Positions 25,596 through 40,149 of a DNA stretch of 64,000 bases are shown here, one piece after another; positions within the stretch are counted from its first letter, which is position 1, and each line of letters begins with the position of its first letter. Source of the stretch: Octopus vulgaris (taxonomy: Eukaryota). Where the stretch lies: positions 45,074,001-45,138,000 of the forward strand of contig OX597819.1 in assembly GCA_951406725.2 (NCBI GenBank), in the 5' to 3' direction. The position numbers and the translations under genes are program-made. The notes beneath the pieces are model-generated. The model searched no databases and was not told the DNA's origin. It was given only the letters and a program-made list of their open reading frames with translations.

Positions 25596-27327
25596 ATAAC
25601 ACTCTAATGGGAGCCTTAACTCCCAAATTTTAGTCATTTCGTTTATGATCCAAACTAGGTCAAAAGTACTGAATGTATCTTTAGGAAATTTGGAAATTAT
25701 ATTCTATGCATAAGGGCCATAACCCCCATGACAATTCATATATTTTTGCTGTTGATGAAATTTTAACCATATATATTAGACACAAATGAAGTAATATTTA
25801 TAAAATTTCATCTTCTTACAAAGTTAGAAAGACCCCTCCATGCACAATTTTGTCATTTTATATAAGCAAAAACGAATACAGTAGTGCTCTTGGAAGCTGT
25901 AGGGTTACCCGATCATAAAAGTTGGGTAGTATTTCTAATTCAATGGTACAACAGTGTAACAGTTTGCTTTGACATACACTTACATTGTGATTTCTGCAAT
26001 GTGTTGCATAAATTGTCAAGTAAATTAGAGGCATATTTGCCTCCACTGATTCAGTTGCAAAGTGTTGAGTAACTTTATTTGATTGCAGACCTCCTTTCAG
26101 TCTTTTTGTTATCACTCGGTCACACATAGTCCCCAGATGGTAACATTGATTTCAAGGCCTTGCCAGATGAGTGACTGATTATTCAAAGACATTTATAGAT
26201 TTTAAATTTATCCAGTCCAGTTACGTATCAGCATAGTGGTCATCTGCAAACTCCAGAGTTGTCACTTTAATTTCTCCTTAGCCCTCACGTCACATAGTTG
26301 TTAATGTTTATATCAGTTGGGTCACGCCGTTCCAATTGCTATAGGTTTGTAATGCATCTTACGGCTGTGCCTGTCACCTGGATGGTTAGGAATCCTACAT
26401 TGGGAGTGGTAACGACTAGGGCAGGGTAACTGACTGCTTATTGTGATCATTCGTCTTTTGGTTCCCTGTAGCTTTGCTCTCTTTTACAACCCCAGTGAAC
26501 ATATATTTCCTATTTCAAAGAAATTCAAACAATAGATATAAGACCCAAGTTAAAAGATTTTCAACAATTTTACTTATCTGGTTGACATTAAGACGCCCAC
26601 CCCCAACAGGGGCCTTAACTCTCACATTTTAGAGCTCCATGACCTTCATTTTTCAGGAGCAAAATCTTTTTAACAGGTTCAATAAGACTGAAATTTTGGA
26701 ATATGCGCATAAAAATCAGTAGTATGGGATACATGTGGCACGATTACAATTTTTTAGGGTGTGTAAAGAGGGAAATAACCCTGATCTGCAATTTTGATGA
26801 AATTCGAAACATAGATATTCTAGTTCATTACAGAAGATATAACAGAAAAGTCTAATTCTTCAATTGAATGTAACCGGGCAACGCCGGGTATCTCTTCTAG
26901 TATATATATATATAATTAAGTTTTCTTACAAATTATATATATAGATATATATAATTAAGTTTTTATATATTATGTACTTCACAATATATGGGTTGTATTA
27001 AGACGTACCCATTGCAAGCTAAATCGAAAGGTAAGGGAAGGAACATGGCTAGGCAATCGATAGGAATACCAAAGCGTAATTTATAGCACGCAACGAAATA
27101 AATATACATATAAATTTATATAAATAAATGAATAAAATTGCATGCAAAATTACATGTGAAGACTATGCATTATGTACGTTGGCTTCACATACCATTCGGT
27201 ATGTGAACCCATCGTACATGATATATAGTTTTTACATATAACATTTATATTTATTTCGTTGTGTGCTCTAAATTATGGCTTGGAATTTGGATCTATTGCC
27301 TAGATGTTTTCCTTCTATAATTTCTCT

Positions 27328-27407
<80 letters not shown>

Positions 27408-27410
27408 AAA

Positions 27411-27497
27411 TAAGCAACAGGATATCAGGAAGTAATGCAGTACGACGGTTTCAGGCGGTTCCATTTTATTGAACAATGCAATTATTACATCAATTTA
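27411..27497 (-). mobile_element. Truncated homolog of the 44.9-kb HHR element (3' half of hammerhead only)
   Basis: Reverse complement AAATTGATGTAATAATTGCATTGTTCA...GAAAC-cgtc-GTA-CTGCATTAC aligns to 44889-44975; abuts (TA)n. Confidence 0.7.
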
Positions 27498-28643
27498 ACC
27501 GCCCTCGCTACGCCCATACCCACTACCTCCTCTTTTAGGCTTACCTTGATATCTTCCCCGCCTCAAATTTTAATACCCTGTCTCTTTAAATGTAAGTTAT
27601 ATATATATTTCTTATCTTTTTCTATAATTTCTTATTTTGTTTTCTTACTTTGATATCCTTAACTATTAACCACTTACCCCTTAAAATTGTTGCTGATATT
27701 AAATAGATTTTTTAGCTACTAGGTCTATGCGAGATGGTTATACTATATCCATATAAATGTATAAATATTTGTATATGTGTATATAATCATATATGTGCAT
27801 AACCTATTCACATCTAATCCATTATAAATTATCTTTCTTGTTCTTAAATAGATACCTTTTAGTTACTTAAGTCTATGCATCTGTGCACATTCATAAATAT
27901 GAGAGTGTATCTGTACACGTCTTTATGTTTTTCTGATTCTTGGCTTATAATTAATATATAGATAGCATGTTTATCTTCCCTGTATTCCATAAGCAAATGC
28001 CCAGAGCAGTCTTTATAGAAGCTACCTAATAAGTAAATAATTAAGTACATGAATGAAATATTAAACTGATTCTATATAATATTTCCTTTTTAATGTTGAA
28101 AATTGATGTATATACACATTTTACCTTATTTTGGTTATGATATTTTTGATAATCTTAATCAGTATACAGCATAAAAATATTGTTTATAAACAATCACCTA
28201 GATTACCCCATGATAAAATTTCCTCCGTATTAACATCCTAGGGTTTATTAGCGTCTTGTCCCTTTAACTGGTAATTAGCATCATGATTTAGGGTCTTCCT
28301 CAACCCATCCTCTTATAAACAGTTTCTACCCAATTTACTACTCCTAATATCTTGACAATATTATGACCATACCTAGCTATAAGCTGTCGACTCAGTCTTG
28401 CCTTTCATTCCAGACACAATCCTCTAGTATTAGATTCAGTAGTTGATAAAAAACATAAATAAATTAGAAATGAACCACAATCCTTTATAATCTATGACTC
28501 CAGTAAACTTCATGCTTTTCTTCGAAGTGTAGTATGTTCTTAGCTACAATATCGACAACATCTTCTTGCTCTGTTGAGTAAAAAAATTATATTAATGTGT
28601 CCGACTGATTAAAATTCTATTTATTTGTGCAGCTGATATATAT

Positions 28644-28709
<66 letters not shown>

Positions 28710-28712
<3 letters not shown>

Positions 28713-28912
28713 ATCCAAACAAGAAAGCACAAAAAAACACAACAACGCGAGGACGTGGAACAAATATAGTATTATTGGACGCTAAGGAAAGAAGGAAAGA
28801 AGGAGGGTTTAACGTTTCGAGCGGATCTCTTCGTCGGAAACATAGGAGAAGGAAAGATCCAGAGAAGGGAAGACAGAGGAAAAAAATCGCCAACGGTCCA
28901 CACGAGGTCACA
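28710..28912 (-). mobile_element. Short pLTR-like repeat in (TA)n with variant minimal hammerhead motif (28810-28840)
   Basis: Minus strand reads ttt-CCGACGA-AGAG-atccg-CTC-GAAAC-GTT-aaa; TA tracts lie on both sides. Confidence 0.55.
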
Positions 28913-29599
28913 TATATATATATATATACTATTTCTAGCAGGTCGAATAACAGCATACATCTTCCTTGTTTTGCTTTCTTGCTGCTTAACTTCTCAGTAG
29001 AGAAGTCGAAGAAAGAGAGGACGAGCAGCGTATGCATATGTGCGTTCGTGAGTGTGTGTGTGCAAGTATGCAAACGGAACTGTATTGCATTTCATTAGAA
29101 ACAGTTGAACAGACACACTTCTTGTCTCAGTTTGCGTTAGAGTATAATATTAGTCTGGATACAGAGTGTTTCTGAGATTACTCAATGATTACTTTATTTT
29201 TCTAAAATTTTGCAATCCTTACAATTTAATGTGGCATCAAGTGACAGAAAACTTTAAAAAAAAAGTCTGTGTACTTAAATGTGGCATAGAAACCTGAGTT
29301 AATTGATAAATTATAACAGCGCATCACTGTAGCATGTGTTTGTGAAATTTATGGCATTAAAAACAAAACAAAACAAATCAAATGCTTCTAATAAATACAA
29401 ACGAAAGGCTAAATGGCAACATTTCTATTTCAACCAGAATATTGATAGCACTAAATATGGTCCTTCAGTGTCTTGTAGAAAACTCCTTTAAAGATACAAA
29501 TCGGTTAACTGTAATATACACCAGCTCATATAATGTCTGGTTTACTTCAGAACTATTTTGTGACTGATTCTTAATGTTTTTGAAAATAAATTCCTCTAA

Positions 29600-30900
29600 C
29601 CTGAACTTCTGAAGGGGTCACCTTAGAATGTGCAGGTAGTATCGGTTCTTGACAACATCGTTTTTTACTCTAATGCTGAGACCTTGTTATGGAATTTGTT
29701 ATAAAATATATAAGGATGACAAAATGTCTATTTTGTCATGCTAACACAGCCAAGGAAATAGTTGTTGACTACCCGATTTGTATACGATTCAGTTCGAAAA
29801 CTATGTGTGGTGTCAGAAGATGAAGTCTTCTAGGACCGGCGTCAGTCGAAGTTTACCAAATAACTGCACTTGTATGCGCTCGCCTGCGCATATATTTTGA
29901 GAATGATAGGTTGTTGCATGCAATTCGAGTTTCTACTTCCTACACCACAACCACTATCCAAAAGAAAAATACACCGTCTTAGACCAATGGAACTTGGTAC
30001 TGGTGTTGGAGGATGTACAAAAATAGAGAATATAGAAAGGAGGGAACAGAATAGTTCAAAATCTACGAGCCTACAACGTTGATTCTGCCCTTTTTAACTG
30101 TAAAGCACTTTGGAAGAAATGAAGATTTCAACTTCGAGAAAGAGCTTGAAAAGTTTGTTGAAAAAAACTTAACCTGCTCTGGATATTGAAGGATTTCAGG
30201 TAAACGACTTTTAGCGCACTATCAAACCCTCATTGATGACAAGATTCTGACGGATTTCTACATGGCAAGGTAGAAAGAAAAGAAAAAATTGACGATCAGG
30301 AAGCCACCGCAGTACAGTCAACGCTGTCTGCATTGAGGAATCTTATAGACGTTGCCATCCATTTCATATTCCGAACTGAGAGTGTCACTGAATACGAACA
30401 TTTCCTACAGTTCAGAGCGACCAAAATTTACAAAATATAAGTAAACAAAATACAATGAAATAAAAAAAAGACCAGCATCCGAAGGACAAATAACTGATGT
30501 TAGACGCTTTTATGATTTACCCTAGTACAAATCTCGGGTCTCCAAAATTATTATATCACAACGGTCTAAAGATAACCTGACAGCACAAGTGCCGCAATTT
30601 TTTCACATCGTTGAACAGGTTGAAAGTGATATAGTCCATTGCGATTTCACTTTCAGACAATAAAAACTTATGCTTCTACTATAGATGCAACTAAACATTA
30701 CTTAGCTACACTGTCAAAAGTTTAAATAAAATTCATATCATATTAAAATTTTGCAGTACGAGTACCTAGTATGAATGCCTTTTCACTTGTTTTAGTTTTT
30801 AAATGAAAAATTACATGAAATGGTTTCTACGTTATATTCGACGTATAGGATTTTCGATATTACAAGACGTATATGTTTCTAATAAGTCTGTTTTTCAGGA
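29600..30900 (+). mobile_element. Highly degraded pogo/Tigger-like DNA transposon remnant
   Basis: ~29924-29960 reads FEFLLP(N)TTTTIQ across a frameshift (compare FLPPNTTS.IQP); a KKR...LDAF-like C-terminus lies near 30465-30512. Boundaries are approximate. Confidence 0.35.
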
Positions 30901-30958
30901 TAGATATTTCTCTGTATTACTCCCTTAAATGTGAAGACTCATAAATCTACATGTATAA

Positions 30959-31035
<77 letters not shown>

Positions 31036-31064
31036 CTCTATCTATCTCTCTCTCTCTCTCTATA

Positions 31065-31106
<42 letters not shown>

Positions 31107-31112
31107 AACGAG

Positions 31113-31519
31113 GTAGTTGCACGACAATATGAAGTATATTTGCCAGTGGCAAATATACTTCACATTGTCTTGCAGCTACTGTGTATGCCTCGTTTAGTGA
31201 TTTACTATGGCCTGTTTACACTTTTTCGAGACCAGTGACTTTTCGTCACTGGAAAAAGGATATATGTATTTGCATTGGGACCCCTTCACATCGAAGACTG
31301 GTGATTGTCGTGCGTTGACGACGGGTAAAAATCCAGAAACCCGGGTCCGTGCGTATCACGTCAGGTCGCCGACGGGAAGGATAGCTTTCCTTTACAAATA
31401 CTGATATGGCACAGAAAGTGTGTCAATAGCCAACTGAAGATGTTCTCCTGGGGCAACAAGCTACAGTAGCATCCACCCTTAGTGATTAGCCACATTTAAG
31501 TCACAAATATACTTCACAT
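31113..31519 (+). mobile_element. Single ~354-bp HHR unit with 16-bp terminal redundancy and ~33-bp inverted 5' tail; HHR at 31309-31353 (C3>U)
   Basis: cgtgcg-TTGACGA-cgggtaaaaatcca-GAAAC-ccgg-GTC-cgtgcg; CAAATATACTTCACAT at 31150 and 31504; 31113-31145 is inverted relative to 31147-31180. Confidence 0.8.
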
Positions 31520-31745
31520 ATATATACATATTTATCAATCAATCTATCTATGTTCGCATAAATTTTACCGTGTATATCACGAAACACACACACACATGCA
31601 CTCTCACACACACACAAACACCGCGCACACAAACAAACACAAACAAACACAATTCATAAATCTATATTACGTAAAAAATATATATGTATCATACGTATAA
31701 AGGGTATATATGATACATAAAACATCTATCCATATATATATATCA

Positions 31746-31776
<31 letters not shown>

Positions 31777-31989
31777 AACACACATTTATATATATATATA
31801 TATATATATGCAGACACGCACGCACACATACACATACACGTGTATGTGTGCGCGTGTGTGTGTGTTAGAGAGAGAGATAAATCCTTTTATAAGAGGGACA
31901 TCAACAACAACAAAAACAGAGCCTTCTCAAATAGCATTGAGAATGTATGCGCATGTATCTGTGGTTATACTTTTTGCCCCATTCCATTA

Positions 31990-32045
<56 letters not shown>

Positions 32046-32334
32046 CATCATCATCATCATTATCATCATCATCATCATTATTATTAGTAGTAGTAATTTT
32101 ATTATTATTTCCATCATCATCGTCATCTTCGTCGTCGTTGTTGCTGTTTCATAACTCCGCTCTTTTCTCTGACATTGTTTCTTGATCTTTTCATCACAGA
32201 TCTCAATAACTGTCGCTTACGTTACACCATTTCAATACAATTATTGCTGCGGCAATGACACCTGTCAATACCCTTCTCCATCGTCTCACAGACATCTAAT
32301 TCCCTTCCACTGACTCTTACCTACTGTCTGTCTG

Positions 32335-32365
<31 letters not shown>

Positions 32366-33043
32366 ATTTTCTCTCTTTCTTTGTAGTTTCTCTCTCTCTT
32401 TCTCTGTCTGTTTCTCTTTCTCCGCTCTATTATCTCATCCTACAATTTTTATGCTCACTTCTTTTACTTTTTACTTCTGTTAATTTCCCTGGTTCATCTC
32501 CGACATACAGATATATAGGCTCACAACCTGTCAGTCTGCCTCTCTGTCTATCTCCGACCTTGTCTCTCTGTCTGTCTGTCTGTCTGTCTGTCTGTCCCTG
32601 TCTTTCTCTCTCTCACTCACTCTGTCTTTCTCTGTCTTTCTCTGTATTTCTCTTCCTTTCTTTGCTTCTCTCTTTTCCTCTCTATCCCTCTCTGCCTGTC
32701 TCTGCCTGCCTATATTTGTCAACCTATCTCTGTGTCTGTCTATCACTTTCTCTCTCTCTCTCACTCTCTCTCTCTCTCTTTCCCTCTTTCCCTCTACTCT
32801 TGGTTTTGCTCTCTCTCTTAAACACGCGATGGTGTATTTTTCTAGCTCTCCTTACTGCTGTTCCCTGAGTTCGCTTTCGCTCTTTTATCTTGCTAACACT
32901 TGCTCTTTCTGTTCACATCTGAAGCAATTACCACTTTACAGAGCTTAATGAGAGAAACAAAGAAGTTATGGAGGGAAAAATGAAAAAAAAAGATGGGATT
33001 GCGAAGAAGTGAGATAGAGAAAGAGATGGTATGTGTGTGTGCG

Positions 33044-33105
<62 letters not shown>

Positions 33106-33435
33106 AGAGCTGGTGAGGGACAAGGTGAGAAAGGGAAGAAAAGTACATACAGAACTTGTATATATACATTGTATATACTTGTATATATACTCCGTATATA
33201 TACATAGGTGCATACAAATAAACATATATGCATATATATGTGTATATTTATATACATATATAATCACACACAGATACATACATATATATATATAATTATA
33301 CATAGATTTCAGAAAAAAATTTGCTTCAGCACATACCGAAATTTAGGCCCTTTTAACATGCTGAATACTACTTGGTGGAATTATTAATTATTAATTAATT
33401 AATTAATTTTACCCTTTATTATTATTATTATTATT

Positions 33436-33496
<61 letters not shown>

Positions 33497-33682
33497 TAGT
33501 TGAATGAATTATCTTAGTATAGATAATTCGGTTAACCGATACCTGGGTAGCAAATTCACGTCAGAAAAACACGGTTGAAGCTACATGCCAAGGGCAGAGA
33601 TCACGTGCTTTCGTGTGGAAATTTGTGTGTTTTTTTAATACAAATAAATGAAAGAATGGAGTTGAACGACGATTTAACAAAA

Positions 33683-33781
33683 TTCCTTTATTCTCGACAT
33701 ATGTTTCGAGGGCTGCATATTCCTAATTTCGAAGGAATAAGGGGTGCATTATGCCGCCTTCTCATCAGGAAAAACAAGGAA
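33683..33781 (-). ncRNA. Type I hammerhead ribozyme with extended stem II, intact core
   Basis: ttccttgtttttc-CTGATGA-gaaggcggcat...atgcagccctc-GAAAC-atat-GTC-gagaataaaggaa, within a TA-flanked insert (33493-33856). Confidence 0.85.
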
Positions 33782-33853
33782 CTTGTGTCAGCATCAAGAT
33801 GAACAAAAACTTTTAGATGACTGCCCACACGGAGCCCATAGCGGAGCCCATAG

Positions 33854-33892
<39 letters not shown>

Positions 33893-33934
33893 CATATATA
33901 TGTGTATATATATATGTGTATGTATGAATGTATG

Positions 33935-33975
<41 letters not shown>

Positions 33976-34099
33976 AAATGGATAAGAAATATAGTGGATA
34001 CTTAGTTAATTTTATATGTATCACGATGAAAAAACGTAATACATATAAGATTTGAGATTTAAAGGTATAGAATCAACAACAGAACTAAACGTAAAAGAA

Positions 34100-34210
34100 T
34101 CCTACATATGTTTCAATCCGGCCATTAAGTTCATATTATGACTATGACCGACCATTCAAGCAGTGTTAGATGTAAAATAATCCCACATTATGTCCGGATA
34201 TCATCAAGGA
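34100..34210 (-). ncRNA. Hammerhead with extended stem II, core C3>U
   Basis: tcc-TTGATGA-tatccggacat...atggccggatt-GAAAC-atat-GTA-gga. Confidence 0.7.
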
Positions 34211-34729
34211 GCATGTTTACTTTCTGGTGATGAACAGCGAAATAACTAAGATGAGGACCGTATTTTCAAATAACATCACGTGATCACTTGACCGACCAGG
34301 CCATCAGATTTTGCTACACATCGCTTGTCACAATGCGCTTCGCATTGTTTTAGCCTTCATAGACGCCACCCGCTGGCTAAGCGAGCAGGCCAACAGAAGA
34401 AAGAGTGAGAGAAAATTGTGGTGAAAGAGTACAGCAGGGAGTATATGTATATGTATATGTATATATATCTATATGTATAGATATATATATTTACATCTCA
34501 ATCTTTTATAATAAAAATTAGACGAAAGACAGGCAAAATATAACACCCTATATTGGATTACCTATAAATTAAATTATATATATACATATATATATATATA
34601 AATAGATAGATATATATAAGTATATGTATATGTATATATGTATGTATGTATACGCAAGGTGACATGCAGTGGAACTGAACCTGGAACCATGTAGTCGGGA
34701 AGAGAGAATATTTATGCGAATCCCAGCTT

Positions 34730-34778
<49 letters not shown>

Positions 34779-36523
34779 CACAGTTTGTATGATTGTGTAG
34801 AGAAGAGTATATTAATCAATGAAATTCCAACACGTGGGAAGCATAAGTGCGCTGGGCCTGACAGGTGGCAAGACCCACCATATGACATTTAGACTGTGCA
34901 GTTATCGAGTGTTATGCAAGATGTCGGATGAGCCCACTCGGAAAACTTCTAAGATGATGGGGAGACACAAATGTAAGGGAAAGAGGCAATAGAAGGAAGA
35001 GTAGAAGTGCATTTTAACGAGCGATGTATAAGGACATCCATTGTCACAGCAATAAAACGATTAATAAAAGTGATCCAACGAAGTGAGTAATAACGTAGAA
35101 CCAACAAAAAGCAGGTGTCTCAGTTCGAATCATTATGGCTCTATTCTGTCTTATCATTCGTAAAGAACATGCGGCTAAGTATTTTCTGTCATATTTTTTC
35201 ACTTTTGGAGGCGATGGGGAGAGCTAGTAGTTTTTGCTTCGGAACCACTGACTTACTATACGTTATGTAAATCAATGGGGAAAAGGGAAATATATAAAGT
35301 AGCTTTATATTTACATGTTTCCTACACGTAAATATTTAACCCATATTTACACGTTTCCTAAAAACAGACATTTAGAGTGCAAATGCAGCGTAAATTAATC
35401 GATCTGTACATCTTGCGTCAGTTTGTGAAAGTTCTTCACACGTATGGCTTAGCTCTTAGCGAGTCTTCTTCTATACGTTATACTCGTATAGCAGAAACAT
35501 CGATTGATTAAGACGATAAAAAGCTCCCGAATATAATGCTTAAATAAAATTATGGTTTCAAACTACAAGCAGGTATGGGAAGATGTGTGCGAAGTTTGTG
35601 CAAACATCTGGTTACTGTTAAAGAGACAGAGAATATGCATCGCAACTATGTATAGATGCTTGACATATTAACAAATGAGCTTCCAATCAGATATTTAAAA
35701 CAGTATAAGAATTATATTAACAGTGAGCGCTACAAAGCGAACAATATCAGATAATAGGGGTACTAAAAATGCATAAATCTAATAAGAATAATGGTATTTC
35801 ATGGTTTTCGGAAAGTAAAAACGACAACTGTAGATACGTTTTAGTCTTAGTATGGCCTCTTCAAGAAAGCAGAGCTTCCACCGTATTTTCCATAGAAGTT
35901 TTGAACGAATTACTAAGTAGAACGTTGAAGATTGGTTCGTGTAAAAAAAATATAATTGTTTATGGAACAGATAATTCACAGCCTCTATCCAAATGGGGAA
36001 AAATAACGTTAGTGTTAAAACATTTAATTCAGGGATTCTATATTCCTTGCCTACAGTCCAGAATGTTTATGTGTGTATGTTTGTGTGTGTGTATATATGA
36101 AAAAAGAACATTTTTTAGTGTATATATGATAGAGGCATATTCTTGCATATATGACGCAATTTACAACATGTAATTTTCTATTATTGTTAACATTAAATTT
36201 TATTTCTATATTAAGAAGACAAGTAAAAAAAAAATGATCTTTAAACTACCGTAAGGTGATTTTCTCTCAAAAACTGTGCCATCATTCACATGCCAAAATA
36301 TGTTTCATTCACTTGTTTTCAAACCAAGCAGTGACTTCAATAACGTAATTCTCACGTAAAACGAGAGGTGCCAGTAAATTCGTTTCAATTAATTTTTTAT
36401 TTTTATTTTCATTATTTTTTGCGGGTATATTATCTTTCTTTTTCCTGTATTCTTTCATTTTACGGTGAATTTTACTTATTATTATTATTAATATTATTAT
36501 TATTATTATTATTATTATAATTA

Positions 36524-36563
<40 letters not shown>

Positions 36564-36862
36564 CATCATCATCATCATCATCATCATCATTATTATTATT
36601 ATTATTGCCATCATTATCAGTATTGTTATTAATATTATTAGTGCTGTTAGGGCTGTTATTGTAGTATTTTTTTCTCTTTACAAAAAGGGCATAAAGAATA
36701 TTTCTAAATATCAGGAAGAAGCAAAAAGTAAAGTTAAAAGAAGACAAAAAGGCATCATATAAGATATAAAAATTACGTTAACACAAAACAGCCAAATACA
36801 ATCCACTCATGCAAAATCAGTCATATCAACTCAATAATATTAAAGACACACACATATGTATT

Positions 36863-36928
<66 letters not shown>

Positions 36929-37845
36929 TGTGTGTGTGTGTATGTATATATGTATATATATATATGTGTGTGTCTATGTATGTATGTAAGAAGGAGAGGG
37001 AAAATATACATAATTACAAATATAGATCAGAATGTAAAATAGCCACCAGTAATTCTAGAACAGTTAAATTTGACTACAAAAAGGGTCATTTGGTCAAATA
37101 GAAGAAATTATATTGCGGGCAATACATTGCAATGCTTCAACCATATTCTGTCTAATATTAAAAAAAAAAAATGAAAGGAAAAAGAAAAGAAAATGACAAA
37201 ACGAAAAAAACAAACGTTTTTGAGAATCAACGAAAAAAGAAAAAAAATATGAAAAATGAAAAAAAATCGTTTCACGAATATTACTTTGATGTGAATGAGC
37301 AAAAATAGGAATGAAAAAAATAAAATATAAATTTTGAAAGAAAAAAATATCTTTTATTCTTAAGGAATTTGGTTTAATAGCATTAACCATTAACCATTAC
37401 AGTAGGAATTTTTTTGTGCGCTTGTCTTTTATTTTATTTTATTTTCATGGCGAATTCTTCACATCAATGGAATCGATAATCATGAGGCAATAAATACAAC
37501 GTTTCTACCATTCCATTTCTTCATGCCTTAACATTCTCAATTCAAGGTAATAATACATGTATTCTGTTTTTTAAGTGGCAGAGGATTTTGTATTTTAAGC
37601 GGAGGAAGACGAGGATGAGGGTAGGGTTTTTTTTTTTTTTAAATTGTCGTGCCAAGCCTTAAATACATTTATGAGATTCAAGGACATTTACGTTTGACAG
37701 GTATGACAAATATGAAGCTATGTAGGCGTTATAGGGTGACGAACCAATATGCCTCAACTGCTGGCATATGTGTCGTTGCATATAGATCTGTGCTTCTAAA
37801 TGAGTTTTGGCGTGCTGATTGCAAGTACGTTTATTTGTGATGTGA

Positions 37846-37930
<85 letters not shown>

Positions 37931-37946
37931 GCTATCTAGCTATCTA

Positions 37947-38340
37947 TATGGCTATGTGGTAAGTAGCTGGGTTACCAACAACATGGTTCCGGGTTCAGTC
38001 CTACTGCGTGGCATCTTGGGCAAGTGTCTTCTACCATAGCTTCGAACCGACCAAAGCCTTGTGAGTGGATTTGGTAGATGGAAACTCAAAGAAGCCCGTC
38101 ATATATATGTATATATATATGTGTGTGTGTATATGTATGTTTGTGTGTCTGTGCTTGTCCCTCTAGCATTACTCGACAACCGATGGTGGTGTGTTCATGT
38201 CCCCGCCACTTAGCGGTTCGGCAAAAGAACCGATAGAATAAGTACTGGGCTTACAAAGAATAAGTCATGGGGTCGATTTGCTCCACTAAAACGGATGCTC
38301 CAGCATGACTGCATTGAAATGACTGAAAGAAGCAAAAGAG
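37947..38340 (+). mobile_element. SINE family A within (TATC)n
   Basis: TGGCTATGTGGTAAG...GGGTTCAGTCC...CTTGGGCAAGTGTCTT...GACTGAAAGAAGCAAAAGAG. Confidence 0.85.
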
Positions 38341-38448
<108 letters not shown>

Positions 38449-38657
38449 CCACTCTCTGTATATATATATATACATAGGTGGATTAGAGTGAGTGTATGTG
38501 TGATAGAAAAGTATATGGTATTTGTGCCTCTCACCATTATTTGAATTATTGGGAAGTAATGGAAATAGGATCTTAGTATTTAGTTCAACGAAATATTGAC
38601 ACCCGCCATACAGCAGTTGCATGCACAAACACACACACACATACACACACATACACA

Positions 38658-38735
<78 letters not shown>

Positions 38736-39473
38736 CATATTTATCAAAACAAGGGTGAAGGTTAATGAGAGATATTAACCCAGATGTAACACTTATGCTC
38801 TCTGCAGATAAAAACGCATCACGCTAACAAAAAGGTCCTCTGATCTGTACTGCACTCCAGGTAATCCAAAGTTGAAGTCCGCTACAAGTATTCTATCTTT
38901 ACTCTTTTATCTTTTACTTCTTTCAGTCACTATACTGCGGCAATGCTGGGGCACCGCATTCAAGAATTTTATTTGAACGAATCAACCCCTGTACTTATTC
39001 TAGCTGCAACTTTTGCCGAACCGTTGAGTTGCGGGAACGTAAACACCCCAACTCCGGTTGTTAAGTGGTGGTGAAGGACAGAGAGATAAACGCATACGCA
39101 ATCACACATACACACACAAACATACACGCTCACACAAACACACACACAAATACACACACACATGCTCAACTCCGATTGTCAAGTGGTGGTAAGGGACAAA
39201 CACAAACATAGACACACACACAAAAACACATGAGCACACGCACAAACACACACACGCATGCACAGACAGACAGACAGACACACACACACGCACACACCTA
39301 AATATATGCGTGTGTGTATAATTTATATACTTTGGTGGTGAGTTGCATAAATGATAGTACACCGAGAAAAAACTGTTAGCAGCATTTCGTCCGGCAGTAC
39401 GTTCTGAGTCCCAACTCTGCCGAGGTCGACTTTACCTTTCATCAAATCGGAGTCGATGAAATATATATATATG

Positions 39474-39517
<44 letters not shown>

Positions 39518-40149
39518 CAAGGTGACATGCAGTGGAAACATGTTTGCGCGCGGGAGTGAAAATCGTTTAACGTTAAGAAGAAAACTATACATTTTAGTTG
39601 AAATTCATTTTCAATTATATTAATCGCAAAGAAAGCATATATTAAAACAAAGACGAGAATTTATTGCACTGTCTTAATTCTGGAGAATTAATATTATTCA
39701 ATACAAATGCATAATGGGAACTACGTTTTATGAATGCGAGTATATTCCTATGAATGTAATGAATTAATAATAGCATGCATATTATATATATATATAATAC
39801 TTTATTGAGCAACCATATGCTTTTGATCAGACTCCAAGTGTGTTTGTGTGTGCGTGTGTATATGTGTGTGCGTGTGTATATGTGTGTGCGTGTGTCTGTG
39901 TGTGTGTAATTTACAGTCGTGTTAAACATGCATGCTTGAAGAAATTGATTTTGCAAGGATTTCTGTTGACATAAAATTTAAGTAATAAGAAAACTATCCT
40001 TAGAAGACTGAATTATATTGAAAAATTACTTCACTAATATTGTTAGCAGATTTACACATTTACTTTGTATCATTTGGTTTGATGTTCTTCGTAATCAGAA
40101 CGTAAAATCTCCCTCTACAGGTGTTTAATATCTAGAATATACGTATTTG

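Larger units (their letters stand above)
21584..26972. repeat. 2.64-kb near-identical direct duplication flanking a 100-N gap (21584-24231 / 24332-26972)
   Basis: Copies differ visibly only in microsatellite/homopolymer lengths and one T/C substitution (~23710 vs ~26452); the gap is at 24232-24331. Confidence 0.9.

Noticed and set aside
34786-35106. Possible solo LTR (TG...TATAA...AATAAA...CA)
   Set aside because: No target-site duplication or second copy is visible.
36200-37640. Possible host exon or UTR in unique-looking AT-rich sequence
   Set aside because: No convincing reading frame, splice pair or recognisable protein motif.
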